Source: Okamejei kenojei (taxonomy: Eukaryota). Taken from it: 64,000 bases of DNA. Shown piece after piece: positions 52,963 through 64,000 of this stretch. The notes under the pieces were generated by a model. It did not search any database. It was not told the DNA's origin and saw nothing but the letters and a program-made list of their open reading frames with translations. The stretch covers positions 46,686,001 to 46,750,000 of the forward strand of contig CM069146.1 of assembly GCA_035221665.1 (NCBI GenBank), given 5' to 3'. Positions within the stretch are counted from its first letter, which is position 1. Every line of letters starts with the position of its first letter. The position numbers and the translations under genes are program-made.

Positions 52963-53035
52963 TTGTTCTCTCCCAAATCCCATTGCCCTTGTTTGTCTTC
53001 CCATTGCATCTGCTTGACTGCTGCTATAATCCCAG
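52864..53035 (+). promoter_or_regulatory. Extended 3' splice-site region of exon 18b: AG-exclusion zone, candidate distal branch point, long polypyrimidine tract, TG repeat and YGCY cluster
   Basis: No AG between 52864 and 53033. TATTAAC at 52872-52878 is followed by U/C-rich tracts. About (TG)12 at 52938-52962; TGCT x3 within 25 nt of the acceptor. Confidence 0.65.
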
Positions 53036-53205
53036 GGTGCCATACGCACCAATTTGTCACTGCATAAGTGCTTTATCAGAGTAGAGGATGAGTTTGGGTC
53101 CTTTTGGACTGTTGATGATGAAGAATTTAAACGTGGTCGCCATATTCAACGAGGCCGTCCTCGAAAATACTACTCCGATGAAAGCTTTGATGAACAATTC
53201 ACACA
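53036..53205 (+). CDS. FOXP1: FOXP1 alternative mutually exclusive forkhead exon, equivalent to FOXP1-ES exon 18b ([57 protein letters not shown])
   Basis: cccag acceptor ending 53035, gtaaga donor at 53206. 170 bp, open frame, same phases (0 to 2) as the exon at 52469-52590. Paralogous [11 protein letters not shown] and WTVD motifs; closely matches mammalian exon 18b as I recall it. Confidence 0.93.
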
Positions 53206-55499
53206 GTAAGAGCTTTTGCTTGCTATTTTTTTTTTGCTTCTGCTTTGCATTGCATGGTTACCATCTGTCGGAATGCCCTGAGCAATAGCGTGTTAAGTAA
53301 GAATGACTGTGTCTTATAACATTTGTTGAATGAAAAATGTGATTCCTTTTATCGATCAAATTGTGCTTTATTTAAAAAAAAAAGTATTTCTATATCAGAA
53401 CTCATATTTTACATTATCTCTTAAATAATTGATTAGAGAGAAAAGGTTCAGGTGACATCATTAATTTTTTTTTCAAACAATATTGTTGAAAATATTCCCC
53501 TGTTATAATCACATTTGATCAGTCTTAAAGAATTTAGAGCTATATTTGTATCTGAACATTGACATAGGAAAGTTCTCGACCATTAATTTTTTACTGTCAG
53601 TTAGAAAAGTCATTCTGAATAATTACTTGTAAAACGATCAGTTGAAGCAATCACAATCAATTATAACTCAATCACAAAAATGAATGAAAATAGTTCCAAT
53701 ATATCTAAAATTCCTCTTAAAATATTTTGCACGTTTTCAATGCACATGTTTGCACAGTTTGAGCATGGAACAAAACAGCTTCAACAATTTATCCATGCCC
53801 AATACCATTTTGAAGAAAATAATCTGAGTACAATTTAATAATTGGCCATATCACATCTTTAAAAAAATCACGGCTCTCTAAGCCCAATACAAAAACATGT
53901 TATAACCGAAGGACTAATTTATCAAGAAATGATCTCTACATTGCTATGTATACAAAGTGGACAATTTTCTTTATCTGCTACCTGACTCCCAATTTCTCAT
54001 ATTAGCCCTATTCCTGCCATGTTTGTGTGTGTATTCTGCACACATTCATTCGCTCAATTGCAAAGTCAAACCTGTCATTGCCATAGCACTTGCAACCAAG
54101 TTCACAAACCACCACCGGGAAATGGCTGCATGATATTTGCAGCCAATAATCAAATTAATACACTTAAATTTTACTTTCGGTGGAGATGGTTATGAGGGAT
54201 TAGCTGGAAAGAAAAGAAACCATTGGAATAATGTTGCGTTCGATGAGGTAAATCGGAACCATATCTACCAAATTCAGCTTTCAGTAGAATGGTCCAGATT
54301 CACAAGATTAGAGTCTGTCTATGAGATAGAAGAAGTGAAGCCTCCACTCTTTTGGGAAGAGGTTTGTGGGAGAGAAAAAAATATGATTGGCTCTCTCAGA
54401 ACTAAACACCATTGTTTTATTGGGCTGGAAATCTGCCGTGCGTCTGAATAATTTTTCAAGGAATCTAACAGGCGTTAAGCAAGGATGTGGCATTAATAAG
54501 TTGGGGCAGGGGATATATTTTTACAAGATTATTTGGGATATAAGATGATAACCAATGAGATGATAAGCTGAAGCTCTTCTTTAATACTTTAAAATTGTCG
54601 ATGCACAAATGGCTCCATTCCAACAGTGAAAAAATACCCTGCTTCAACATATTCCAACAACAAAGATGTTTTTAGTTTCCCAACTAAAGGAATGTTAATC
54701 CAGTTATTTCAGACTTTGAATGGCCCTTTCTTTTTCACCATATTCCTCACTGGTACCACGTCACACCTTGCATCTATTACTGAGCCTTTTGGTGAGATGT
54801 GGAGACAGTCATTCTAGGTCCTAATTCAGTCTGGAGACAGCTCCCTACCCAAAATGCCATCTGTTTATTCCCCTCCTCAGACACTGCCTGACCCACTTCC
54901 AGCAGTTTGTTTTATTCCCCTCAAGATTTCAACATCTGCACTCTTTTTGTGTCTCCGTGTTTCTAAATCTGTTATGTTTATCGCAGCCTATGTTAGGTAT
55001 AAGTAAAGGTACAAACAACAACATCTTCTTTAGGGTCCAGGCAAATGGAGTACATAGAGGCATACAGTAAGGAAACAGGCCCTTTGGCCCAAATAGTCCC
55101 ACCTGCCTGTGTTTGGCCCAAAACCCTCTAAACATGGCCTATTTATGTACCTGTCTATGAAGAAGAAAGACACAAAAAGCGGGAGAAACTCAACAGGACA
55201 GACTGCATCTCTGGATAGAAGGAATAGTTGAGATCCTTCTTCAGACCTTCCTGCCTATGAAGATCTTTGCTACTAGGAGACTATATAATTCACTCATTCC
55301 AGATTTCCAACATGCACAGCAGCCTCCCCATTCTGCTAAAATCCAGGAGACCCTCCCCTTATTTTGACTACAAAGTTATCAAACGCCACAATAGCAATTA
55401 CGTGAAAATCTCATCACCGCCAGCAAAATGCTGCTAAGCCTCAGTATTCTTTAGCCAAATATAACAAGCCTAACTCTAGTCACATTGTTTCCTCAGCAG

Positions 55500-55695
55500 A
55501 GATGGCTGTGGAGGCCACGTCAATGGATATTTATAAGGTGGGGATTGACAGATTTACGGTTAGAACGATTGTCAGACATTAGGGGTGAAGGCAGGAGAAT
55601 GGGGTTGAGAGGGAAAGATATATCAGCCATGATTGAATGGCGGAGTAGACTTGATGGGCCGAATGGCCTAATTCTACTCCTATTCCTTATGACAA
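55500..55695 (+). mobile_element. CR1 3' end
   Basis: ggctgtggaggcca...cagccatgattgaatggcggagtagacttgatgggccgaatggcctaattct. Confidence 0.8.
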
Positions 55696-56781
55696 CTCTA
55701 CCGCTGCACTGTTGTGCCGCCGTGGAGTGAATTTCATAATGACCCTTAGTATATCACGTGGGATAATATCCCTGAAATGAACAAAACCAGGAACAAATCA
55801 TGACCAATGTCATTGGATACACTCTTACACACCTTGCCTTTACCTTCAAGCTATAAGCACAAAGTCTACTTTTAAACAATGATGATACATAGCCTAAATA
55901 TAAATTCTCAGCTTGAACTGCACAACCTGTCATGCTAATCTTTATTATCCCTTTTCTTGCATATATCAAAATATCATTTAAATTGAATTTATTTCCTGAC
56001 AGTCATCTACTCTTGCAATGGCTCACCTGTTTAATAACTGCTTCTTGCAGTATTCTTTCTCGTTTTCAGTGTATCCTTTTTTCGTTTTCAATATAACTGT
56101 TTTCGTCTCACTTTTAGGTCTGGTTAATATAATACCCTCCTTAATCTTATTAATTTGCTTGCCAAAGAGGCTGAGATAATAAGGGGGTTCCATCTTGCAT
56201 CCTTTAAACACAATGAAAAAGGTATCCAGCATCTTTAAGATTAATCCATAATAGTTTATAACCCATCATCTCCAAACTTTTTGAACAGTTGCAAGATCTG
56301 TACAATGTTTTGGAAATTATCAGTAAGACCTCCTAATAAAATTCCATAATTCAGCATCTTTTACTTTGAATCGTACAAATTTGATTATAATGCTGCTTTA
56401 TGTTGACACTTTGAATCAAATTATATAGTGATTAAGTAGGATTTTTTTTGGCTTTTATATCAAAGAAATAGAGAGATAAATCAATTTTCTGAATATTAAC
56501 TGTAATATAAATTAATACACATTGTAGTTGTAAAAAAAAAGTTAGTTCCGCTTTCAAAAAGCATGCAATTTCAGGACCCCCAAAATAATTGTGACATTGT
56601 TCAAATTAATCAGTTTAAAGAAAAAATATCAGCATCAGTTACAGGTATTCTGCAGATTGAGAAAAAAATTAAAAGTGATTTTTTTTGTTGTTTGTGAAAT
56701 GGAGTCAAATGCACTAACATTTGCTGTATGTCAATTGTTTACCCAAGGTGAATTGTGAATATTATCTTCTTTCTTACACAG

Positions 56782-56851
56782 CAATCCCTCAATTATAAAA
56801 AATATACAGACCAGCCTTGCATATGGATCACCACTTAATGCTGCTTTACAG
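56782..56851 (+). CDS. FOXP1: FOXP1 coding exon after the forkhead (NPSIIKNIQTSLAYGSPLNAALQ)
   Basis: cacag acceptor ending 56781, gtaaga donor at 56852. 70 bp, phase 2 to 0; in frame after either forkhead exon. Confidence 0.95.
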
Positions 56852-57556
56852 GTAAGATCACCAAATGGGTTCAGTCTACAAAGTCTACAATAGCCAGACC
56901 CCTCTCTCACTGCACAATGATTCGCTCACTAATTAGATATTAAAATTTAATTTATTTAAAACTTTTTAAGTGCATAACGCATTAAAGCCCCAGGGCAAAC
57001 GCATTGTAAGTCACTGGAGCATTAGCTGGTTGTTTCGCATTTGGAACACTGTGGCAAAAAAATTAAAAGTTCACTTATTAATATTTATCAGTGGTATCAT
57101 AATTTCAACTATCTTATTTCAAAAATTTGCCTGAGGCAACGGAAGCGTAAGTGTAATTACTCCAGTGCAACTATTAATGACTGAAGGATGGGATGGTGTG
57201 TTCCATACCCCCTATTGTTACTGACTGTGAAGGAAACATGAAGACAGTGTGCATTCTGCACGTTCTCTGTTTTCATTATCATATTTCCTGTTTTCTGAAT
57301 TCATAGTTCAATTCAATTGGGATTTTCTTTTGTATTTAGATGTATCAGTTCCATTCCACCAGTTTTTTTTTAAATTCAAACACTTTCGGAAGGTGATACA
57401 AAGTGCTGGAGTATCTCAATGGGTCGGGAAGTATCTCTGGAGAACGTGGATAGCCAACATTTTGGGTCTGGACCCTTCTTCAGACTGATTGTGGAGGGTG
57501 GGGAATGAAGTGGAAGAGACTATAAGTCTGAAGAAGAAGAGTTCCCCACCCAAAAT

Positions 57557-57850
57557 GGCGGCACAGTGGCACAGCGGTAGAATAGCTGCCTTACAGTGCA
57601 AGAGATCCGTGTACGAGCCTGACTACCAGTGCTGTCGGTCCGGTGTATGTTCGTTCTCCCTATAACCATGTGTGTTTCCTCCTGGCACTCCAGTTTCCTC
57701 CCACACTCCAAAGACGTACAGGTTTGCAGGTTAATTGGCTTAATTAAAATTGTCCCAAGCATATAGGATAATATTGGCGTACAGGGGTGATCACGTGGTC
57801 AGTGTGGACTCGATGGGCTGAAGGGACTGTTTGCATTCTGCATCTCTAAA
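57557..57850 (+). mobile_element. HE1-like V-SINE nested within a Penelope-derived palindrome (about 57398-57935)
   Basis: SINE is flanked by the left arm (gacccttcttcagac...gtctgaagaag) and the right-arm remainder (ctccagagatgcagcctgac). Confidence 0.75.
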
Positions 57851-58124
57851 GTCTATCCGTGTTCTCCAGAGATGCAGCCTGACTCGCATTTTGTGTCGTC
57901 TTTTTGTGAACCAATTTCTGCAGTTCCTTGTGCCTGCACTCAGATGTAATAATGACTGGATCGTAGTCATCAGCAATGTGCTGTGATCACTCGTAGCGCA
58001 GAGTCCATGCTGCTGAACTCCTTGCTATGCGTGATGGTAACTCAAGCCACTCGTTACATAAACACTTTACCATTTTATGAAACCCCTAATACCCGTCCAA
58101 CTCGGGCTGTTGAGAAAACAAACA

Positions 58125-58385
58125 TGAGCTTATGACCACAAGTTATAGGAGTGAAATTAGGCCATTCAGCCATCAAGTCTACTCTGCCATTCAATCATGG
58201 CTGATCTATCTCTCCCTCCTAACCCCATTCTCCTGCCTTCTCCCCATAACCCCGACACCCGTACTAATCCAGAATCTGCCAATCTCCGTCTTAAATATAT
58301 ACTTTAACTTGGTCTCCACAACCTTCTGTGGCAATGAATCCAACACCTCTGACTCATTCCGCCTCATCTCCTTTCTCAAGGTATG
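58125..58385 (-). mobile_element. CR1 3' end
   Basis: Minus-strand SLPQKVVETK..IFKTEIGRF plus 3' UTR. Confidence 0.8.
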
Positions 58386-59197
58386 CCATAATTTCACATA
58401 GATCTTTTTTCTGTTTGTTGTATTATTTGAGATTTACCAGGTTGGTGGACCTTTATATGAAACCACATCTTTTCTAACTGAAGGCAATGTTAAGACTGTG
58501 CAATGTACCCAGATGCATCGTGGGCATGAGTGAGTTGGCGAGGGGAGCCAGTCCTCTGGTGGATCGGGCCTGCAGGAGGTCTCTTGCTGTGGAGTGCTGA
58601 TGCACAAATGTCTTTGATGCTCGGACGTGTCATAACTTGCAGATCCACTTCCCTTTCCCACTGATAGTTGTGCAGATGCAGACCACCTGCCAAATCCACC
58701 AGAACCATCCGTGTTTCTGCAATCACCTGGCATCTGACTTGCCATGGTATGAATAAATGCTATCGCATTTATAGCGATCACTCTTCAGACTCACACATTT
58801 CAGGTTGGGACCCTTCTTCTGACTCAATCTGGTGGGACTCTGATCCGAAACATCGGCTGTCCATTTCCCTCCACATTTGCTGCCCGACCTACTGAGATCC
58901 TCCAGCACTTTGTTTATTGCTAGTGCAGAACAGTCATTAAGTTTCCTGAATTCAGATATCCACATTAGTGATCCTGAAACCTGATGTTCACCTCTCTAAC
59001 AATTAGTGAGTTTCAGTTAAAGTCATTAAATATATACGTTGAAAATAATAATTAGTATCTGTAATAGTGACCATGAAACTGATTTGGTAATCAGTTGGTT
59101 GCCAAAGCACATTCCTGGGCAGTCTGCATTACTTGTGACACTAAATCCTCCACTGTGTCCAACTGCTGTGCTCTCCCGGAAAGTTGTAATTTTCTGC

Positions 59198-59695
59198 CTT
59201 GACCTTTCTGCCCTGGGCATCCTCCACTGTCAGAGTGAGGCCCAATGCAAATTGGAGGAACAGCACCTCATATTTTTTACTGATTGCATGCCTCTTTGTC
59301 ACCTTCCTTTGTCAACTAACAATGTCAAATTCCACATTTTCCTTGAGCTTCATCCCCTTTGATCCCTCGTTTTCACACCTTACCCTTCCATATCTCAAAT
59401 GTTGGAGAAAGTCAGCGGGGTGAGGCAGCATCTTCAGTCTGAAGAAGGGTCTCGACCCGAAACGTCGCCTATTTCCTTCGCTCCACCGATGCTGCCTCAC
59501 CCGCTGAGTTTCACCAGCATTTTTGTCTACCTTCGATTTTCCAGCATCTGCAGTTCCTTCTTAAACTTTCCATATCTCTGTCTCCCTCTCCCCCGAATTG
59601 CAGTCTGAAGAAGGGTCTCGACCAGAAACGTCACCCATTCCTTCCACCTGAGATGCTGCCTGTCCCGCTGAGTTACTCCAGCATTTTGTGTCTGT
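59198..59695 (+). mobile_element. Penelope-like element 3' remnant (GIY-YIG C-terminus) with two tandem hammerhead-type units, the first a nested insertion
   Basis: DLSALGILHCQSEAQCKLEEQHLIF at about 59201-59275; cores at 59439-59466 and 59605-59632; 11-bp TSD ttccatatctc at 59386-59396 and 59568-59578. Confidence 0.75.
59439..59466 (+). ncRNA. Candidate minimal (short stem III) hammerhead ribozyme core
   Basis: CTGAAGA, A-GGGT-CTCG-ACCC stem II, GAAAC-GTC cleavage triplet; stem I is only about 2 bp. Confidence 0.55.
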
Positions 59696-60574
59696 CCCAG
59701 AAGTTGGAATGCAGCTCTTTGAGCTAGATTCACTGCCCCTGCCAGCCTCCTGTGAGAGTTAGGCATTGTCTTAGTTCCCATTGCACTTGGTAATGCTGAA
59801 GGCTCAGTGAGGCCATTGCAGTCAGCAAGACAAGTCTTTAATCCAAGCGTGCTGCTAAACTACCCATACCATTCTTTATCCCCAGTCAATTTAATGAACT
59901 CACTCCATCCACAACAAATACTCTACGAAGCCTTAAAGTATCAGAGTTATTAATTTTATCCTGCCACACAGTTATGCGTTCCTGTGTGTGACCACACTGA
60001 TATACTGATGTGCATGTTAGGAATCCATTTCACTGGGGAGGTGTCATTTGGTCATTGTTTATGAGTTGATGTCACCCCTGCCTGCAAGCTCAGGATCAAA
60101 AGTCACATTATGCCCAATGCGTTCCTTAACCTCGCCACTGCTTTTAGATGGTCATTTAAATGCCGCAATCCAGTCCCACAGCATATATAAAGTATCTGCT
60201 TTATTCCACAGTATTCCCAGCCAATATATCTTTAATTCGATTAAACATTTTTGACCGCGAGCGTTTAAAAAAAAAAGGGGGACCATGTTTATAGGCACCT
60301 TGAAGGACAACAGTAAAAACTATTTGCTGTCAGCCTGCAATCTCAAGGGGTACATTAAACGGGATTAAAGCTTGTTTTATTTTGCAGAGGATACTAAAAA
60401 TTGCAAAAGATTTTGTAGCTTTCATCACACTGTCCCAGACTTGAGGGACATTGCTGGCAGCTTCTGCAAGCATTTCTCATCCGAAATGCCAGCGTTCAGG
60501 ACCTTCATCTATAAGTGCATGAACCTCGAGGTCCCAGACTTACTGCCATTCTTCATCAACCTTTTCTTTTTGGA

Positions 60575-60880
60575 GTTTAGTTTAGTTTAGAGATACTGCC
60601 CGGAAACAGGCCCTTTGGTCCACTGAGTCCGCACCGACCAACGATCCCTGCACATTAACACTACCCTACACACACTAGGGACAATTTTACATTTATGCAA
60701 GGCCATTTACCCCTACAAACCTGTATGTCATTGGAGTGTGGGGGGAAACCGAAGATCTCAGAGAAAACCCAGGCAGATCACGGGGAGAACGTACAAACTC
60801 CGTACCGGCAAGCACCCGTAGTCAGGATCGAACCAGGGTCCCTGGCATTGTATGATAGTAGGTCTACCTCTACGCTGCCC
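60575..60880 (-). mobile_element. HE1-like V-SINE
   Basis: Complete SINE on the minus strand. Confidence 0.85.
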
Positions 60881-61302
60881 TTGTTGATTGTCAGACTATG
60901 GTGTCGGTTCAGTAGTACACTCCTGAAGAAAATGGAGACAAATGGATGCACAGAGCACAAAAAATATTTTTAAATGCTTTTAAATGAGTTTAGATAATTA
61001 TTCTCGTGTTTATAAGTGTTTTGCTTTTTATATTCTTAAATTTAGCGTTTTGAAAAATGTGCTTTCCAATTGCTTTCATATGTGGGAACAGAAACATTTG
61101 TGTCTTAATCAACTGGTTTGCCAACTGGTGAAACCAGGTGAAACCAGGTTTATGCCAGATATCAAACGGTCTCTCAGTTGCTTCTTAGCAGGGCTTGTTC
61201 TATCTCTCAATCCCCACCAAACGTTACTGATGCACACACTATGATATTCACCCAAAAAAGGTCCTGTCATGATGCACAACTTACCAATGTCAGACTGGAA
61301 GG

Positions 61303-61630
61303 TGACAGCATGGTGGCGCAGAGATAGAGTTGCTGCATTACAGCGCCAGAGACCCAGGTTCGATCCTGATTAAGGGTTTTGACTGTATGGAATTTATACG
61401 TTCTCCCCGTGATCCGCGTAGGTTTTCTCTAGGAAACTACGGTTTCGTCCCACACTCCAAAGCCGCACAGGTTTGTAGGCTAATTGGCTTGGTAGAAATG
61501 TAAATTGTCCCCAGCATGTGTAGGCTGGTGTTAGTGTGCGGTGACCGCTGGTCTGCGCAGACTTGGTGGGCCGAAGGGCCTGTTTTCGTGCTCTATCTCT
61601 AAATTAAACCAAACTGTAAAAAAACTAAAC
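61303..61630 (+). mobile_element. HE1-like V-SINE
   Basis: Complete SINE. Confidence 0.85.
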
Positions 61631-62214
61631 TGATGTCCATATATACATGGCAGCAGCAGGTTTGGGTGGCTGGCTACTGTTGGCATTATGAGGGCCATTC
61701 AGAACCATAGAATGCTGAACCTCCCATCATCACCAAGCTTAACCAATGGCTAATCATTAATAAGTAATTTATGCCCCGTATATATGAAGGAAGATGTGAA
61801 CCAATTTTCATGCCTTCTGCCAGAAAAGCCCATTCCAGTGTAATTAGTTGAGTAGATCTGGCATTAGACAAACTTAAGCAAAGGGCAAATTATCTTTTAT
61901 GAAAATAGAATTTCATAATTACTCTGTCACTTTGTACTAACATCATCTTCTTTAGAACGAGCAGTAGATAATATAATCCCCTAATTTCATATACTGGTGT
62001 AATTGTGGTTCTAATGGTTGGTTATAGGTTCTATAATTGTAATACTCAGTGTTAAGCTTCTAGTTAGACATGGCTTGAGCTGTGGGCAGGCTGACACCTT
62101 TGCCATGTAGGAGTGGGAAATTATGGCTAAATCTATGTCCCATGGAGGTGCTCACCGTTGGTGTTGCAACCCAGAAACGTTGAACCGATTGAACCGACAC
62201 AAAAGCTATAGAGA

Positions 62215-62505
62215 GTTAGTTTAGTTTAGAGAGATACAGCTTGGAAACGGGCCCTTTGGCCTACCCAGTCCACTCCAATCATCGACCATCCGTTCACACT
62301 AGTTCTAGGTTGTCTACTTTCCCATCCACTCCCTACACACTGGGGGCAATTTACAGAGACCAATAAACGTTCGAAACCAGAGGAACCCTCGTGTATGCAG
62401 GGAGAACGTACAAACCCCACACAGACAGCACCCCAGGTTAGGATCGAACCCAGATCTCTGGCAATGTGAGACGGCAACTCTACCGGCTGTGCCACTATGC
62501 CACCG
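62215..62505 (-). mobile_element. HE1-like V-SINE
   Basis: SINE on the minus strand with internal deletion. Confidence 0.8.
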
Positions 62506-62859
62506 GATAGGTGGTGAACTTATGCCTGAACATCTGTGGCTGTTCTGTTGAAATGTGTATGTGAGAGAATTTGGGGGAAATGTATCACCTACGCTTAGGC
62601 AGTTGAATTTGGAGGTGTGATTTGGACTTCCAGGCTTAGGGTTTGAAAGGCTAAAGATTGTAAGAGAAGTGAGTAATGGAGTTATGAGTTTTTAGGTTCC
62701 TGTAAAGAAATAAGTTGAAAATACTCAAAGGATCTTACAAGAGTAGGCAGGTTTGATGGTATATGTAACAAACATTAAAATAAATCCTTTAGTTTTATTT
62801 TGGGTATGTGGTCATGCTGCATAACCTTCTCTTAGACCTGATTTAATTCTAGTGTTGCA

Positions 62860-63040
62860 CATAGAGTCATAATCTTAGAGTCATACAGCATGGAAACAGG
62901 CCCATCAGCCCATACCAACCAATGTCCCATCTACACAAGTCCCACCTGCCTGCATTTGGCCCATATGCCTCTAAACCTATCCTATCCATCCACCTGTCTA
63001 AATGTTTCTTAAATGTTGCAACAGTACCTGCCTCAACAAC
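62860..63040 (-). mobile_element. CR1 3' end
   Basis: Reverse complement of the family at 8935-9105. Confidence 0.75.
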
Positions 63041-63556
63041 CCCCCCTATCTCGTACTTAACTTATAGGCTATATTATTAACATGTTTTGTGGTACTTCAG
63101 CCAAAAACATATCAATAAAATGGTAGGAAATCCTGCCAAATGAAAGCTGTATTGCACAAGTGATATTGTTTTATTGTTTCCACAAAATTGGCATGCAATT
63201 ATGGCTGGAAAGTAGACAACATGATGAATCTACAACCATTTCAAAACAAATAGTTGGCAGATTTACTGAAAAATCTGTACGCACGGATATTTCTATCGTC
63301 CGATTATGCTGTCATTAATACCAGTGAGCAAATGTAAACAAAAATTGGTTCTCTCTGGTAGATATTCATTCTGCTGTTGTCTACCATTGAGCTGGGTCAA
63401 GCTGAACTTGTCCTGCCATTTGGAATCAATGCCCATGGTTCCTACCCGTCCACACATACCTGAGCCAGATAGAGAAGACCCATCTCACTGACCTCCTTCA
63501 TCCTAGCCTAAAGTGGCAAATCACGGAGACGCTTTTTGGACAATTTATTCCCAGCT

Positions 63557-63720
63557 TCCTCTTCTTATCGTCCACACACAAGATTTGAAGTTGTTCAGCC
63601 AGAGCTGAACACACTTCTCGGCATCTGCGTACAATGGTGTCCGCCTTGCGCTTCTTGTGCGTGGTGGTGGAAAGATTGGTGGAAACAGGGCTGCGACGTG
63701 AACGCTCTTTCCTTGACCCC
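63557..63720 (-). mobile_element. ~165-bp Vingi/Ingi-like non-autonomous retroelement with 5' HDV-like ribozyme (copy 2); 9-bp TSD
   Basis: ttcccagct at 63548-63556 and 63723-63731; highly similar to 47907-48072. Confidence 0.8.
63669..63720 (-). ncRNA. Candidate minimal HDV-like self-cleaving ribozyme
   Basis: GGGGTC AA GGAAAGA GCG TTCACGT CGC AGCCCT G TTTCCA C CAA TCTTTCC fits the order P1-P2-P3-L3-P3'-P1'-P1.1-(P4 remnant)-J4/2-P2', with a G-U first pair. Confidence 0.65.
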
Positions 63721-63744
63721 TCTTCCCAGCTGTTAACAGGCACG

Positions 63745-63946
63745 TGAATCATCCTACCACTACTAGAGACCATTCCTGAACTCATTGGTGACCCTCGGAC
63801 AATGTTTGCACTAAACGTTATCGTGTATCTATACACTCGATCGTATTCATGTATAGTCTTTCCGCTGACTGGATAGCACACAGCAATAGCATTTCACTGT
63901 ACCTCGGTACGCGTGACAATAAACAAAACTAAATTAAACTAAACTG
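63745..63946 (+). mobile_element. Rex1/Babar-type LINE 3' UTR
   Basis: ttcactgtacctcggtacgcgtgacaataaac...(taaac)n tail; the same motif recurs at about 36350-36395. Confidence 0.55.
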
Positions 63947-64000
63947 AAATAAAGGAACTTTGTTGACAACCTTTTCCAGGAGGCAAAGCTGGGGATGGAG

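Noticed and set aside
56852-64000. Search for the next FOXP1 exon (ASMAENSIPLY-like)
   Set aside because: No matching exon found by eye; it presumably lies downstream of the window.

Overview
Vertebrate genomic DNA, most likely from a cartilaginous fish (skate/ray; inferred from abundant HE1-type V-SINEs and HER1/CR1 LINE ends). The window lies entirely inside the FOXP1 gene on the + strand. It holds 11 coding exons with GT-AG boundaries and consistent phases, covering the Q-rich region, C2H2 zinc finger, leucine zipper, PLNLV CtBP motif and forkhead domain. The first and last exons lie outside the window. Highlights: (1) an intact, mutually exclusive second forkhead exon (53036-53205) equivalent to mammalian FOXP1-ES exon 18b, with a C-terminal RGRPRK AT-hook-like motif, a ~170-nt AG-free zone and clustered MBNL/RBFOX motifs; (2) short non-autonomous retroelements whose 5' ends fold into minimal HDV-like ribozymes (three copies); (3) many Penelope-derived short or palindromic inserts carrying minimal hammerhead ribozyme cores, several with target-site duplications; (4) RTE-derived bipartite elements, a hAT-like MITE and a large foldback element. 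There are two assembly gaps. Nearly all entries in the supplied ORF track are spurious or repeat-derived. Exon coordinates were read base by base; repeat boundaries are approximate, and family names and human comparisons come from recognition, not searches.
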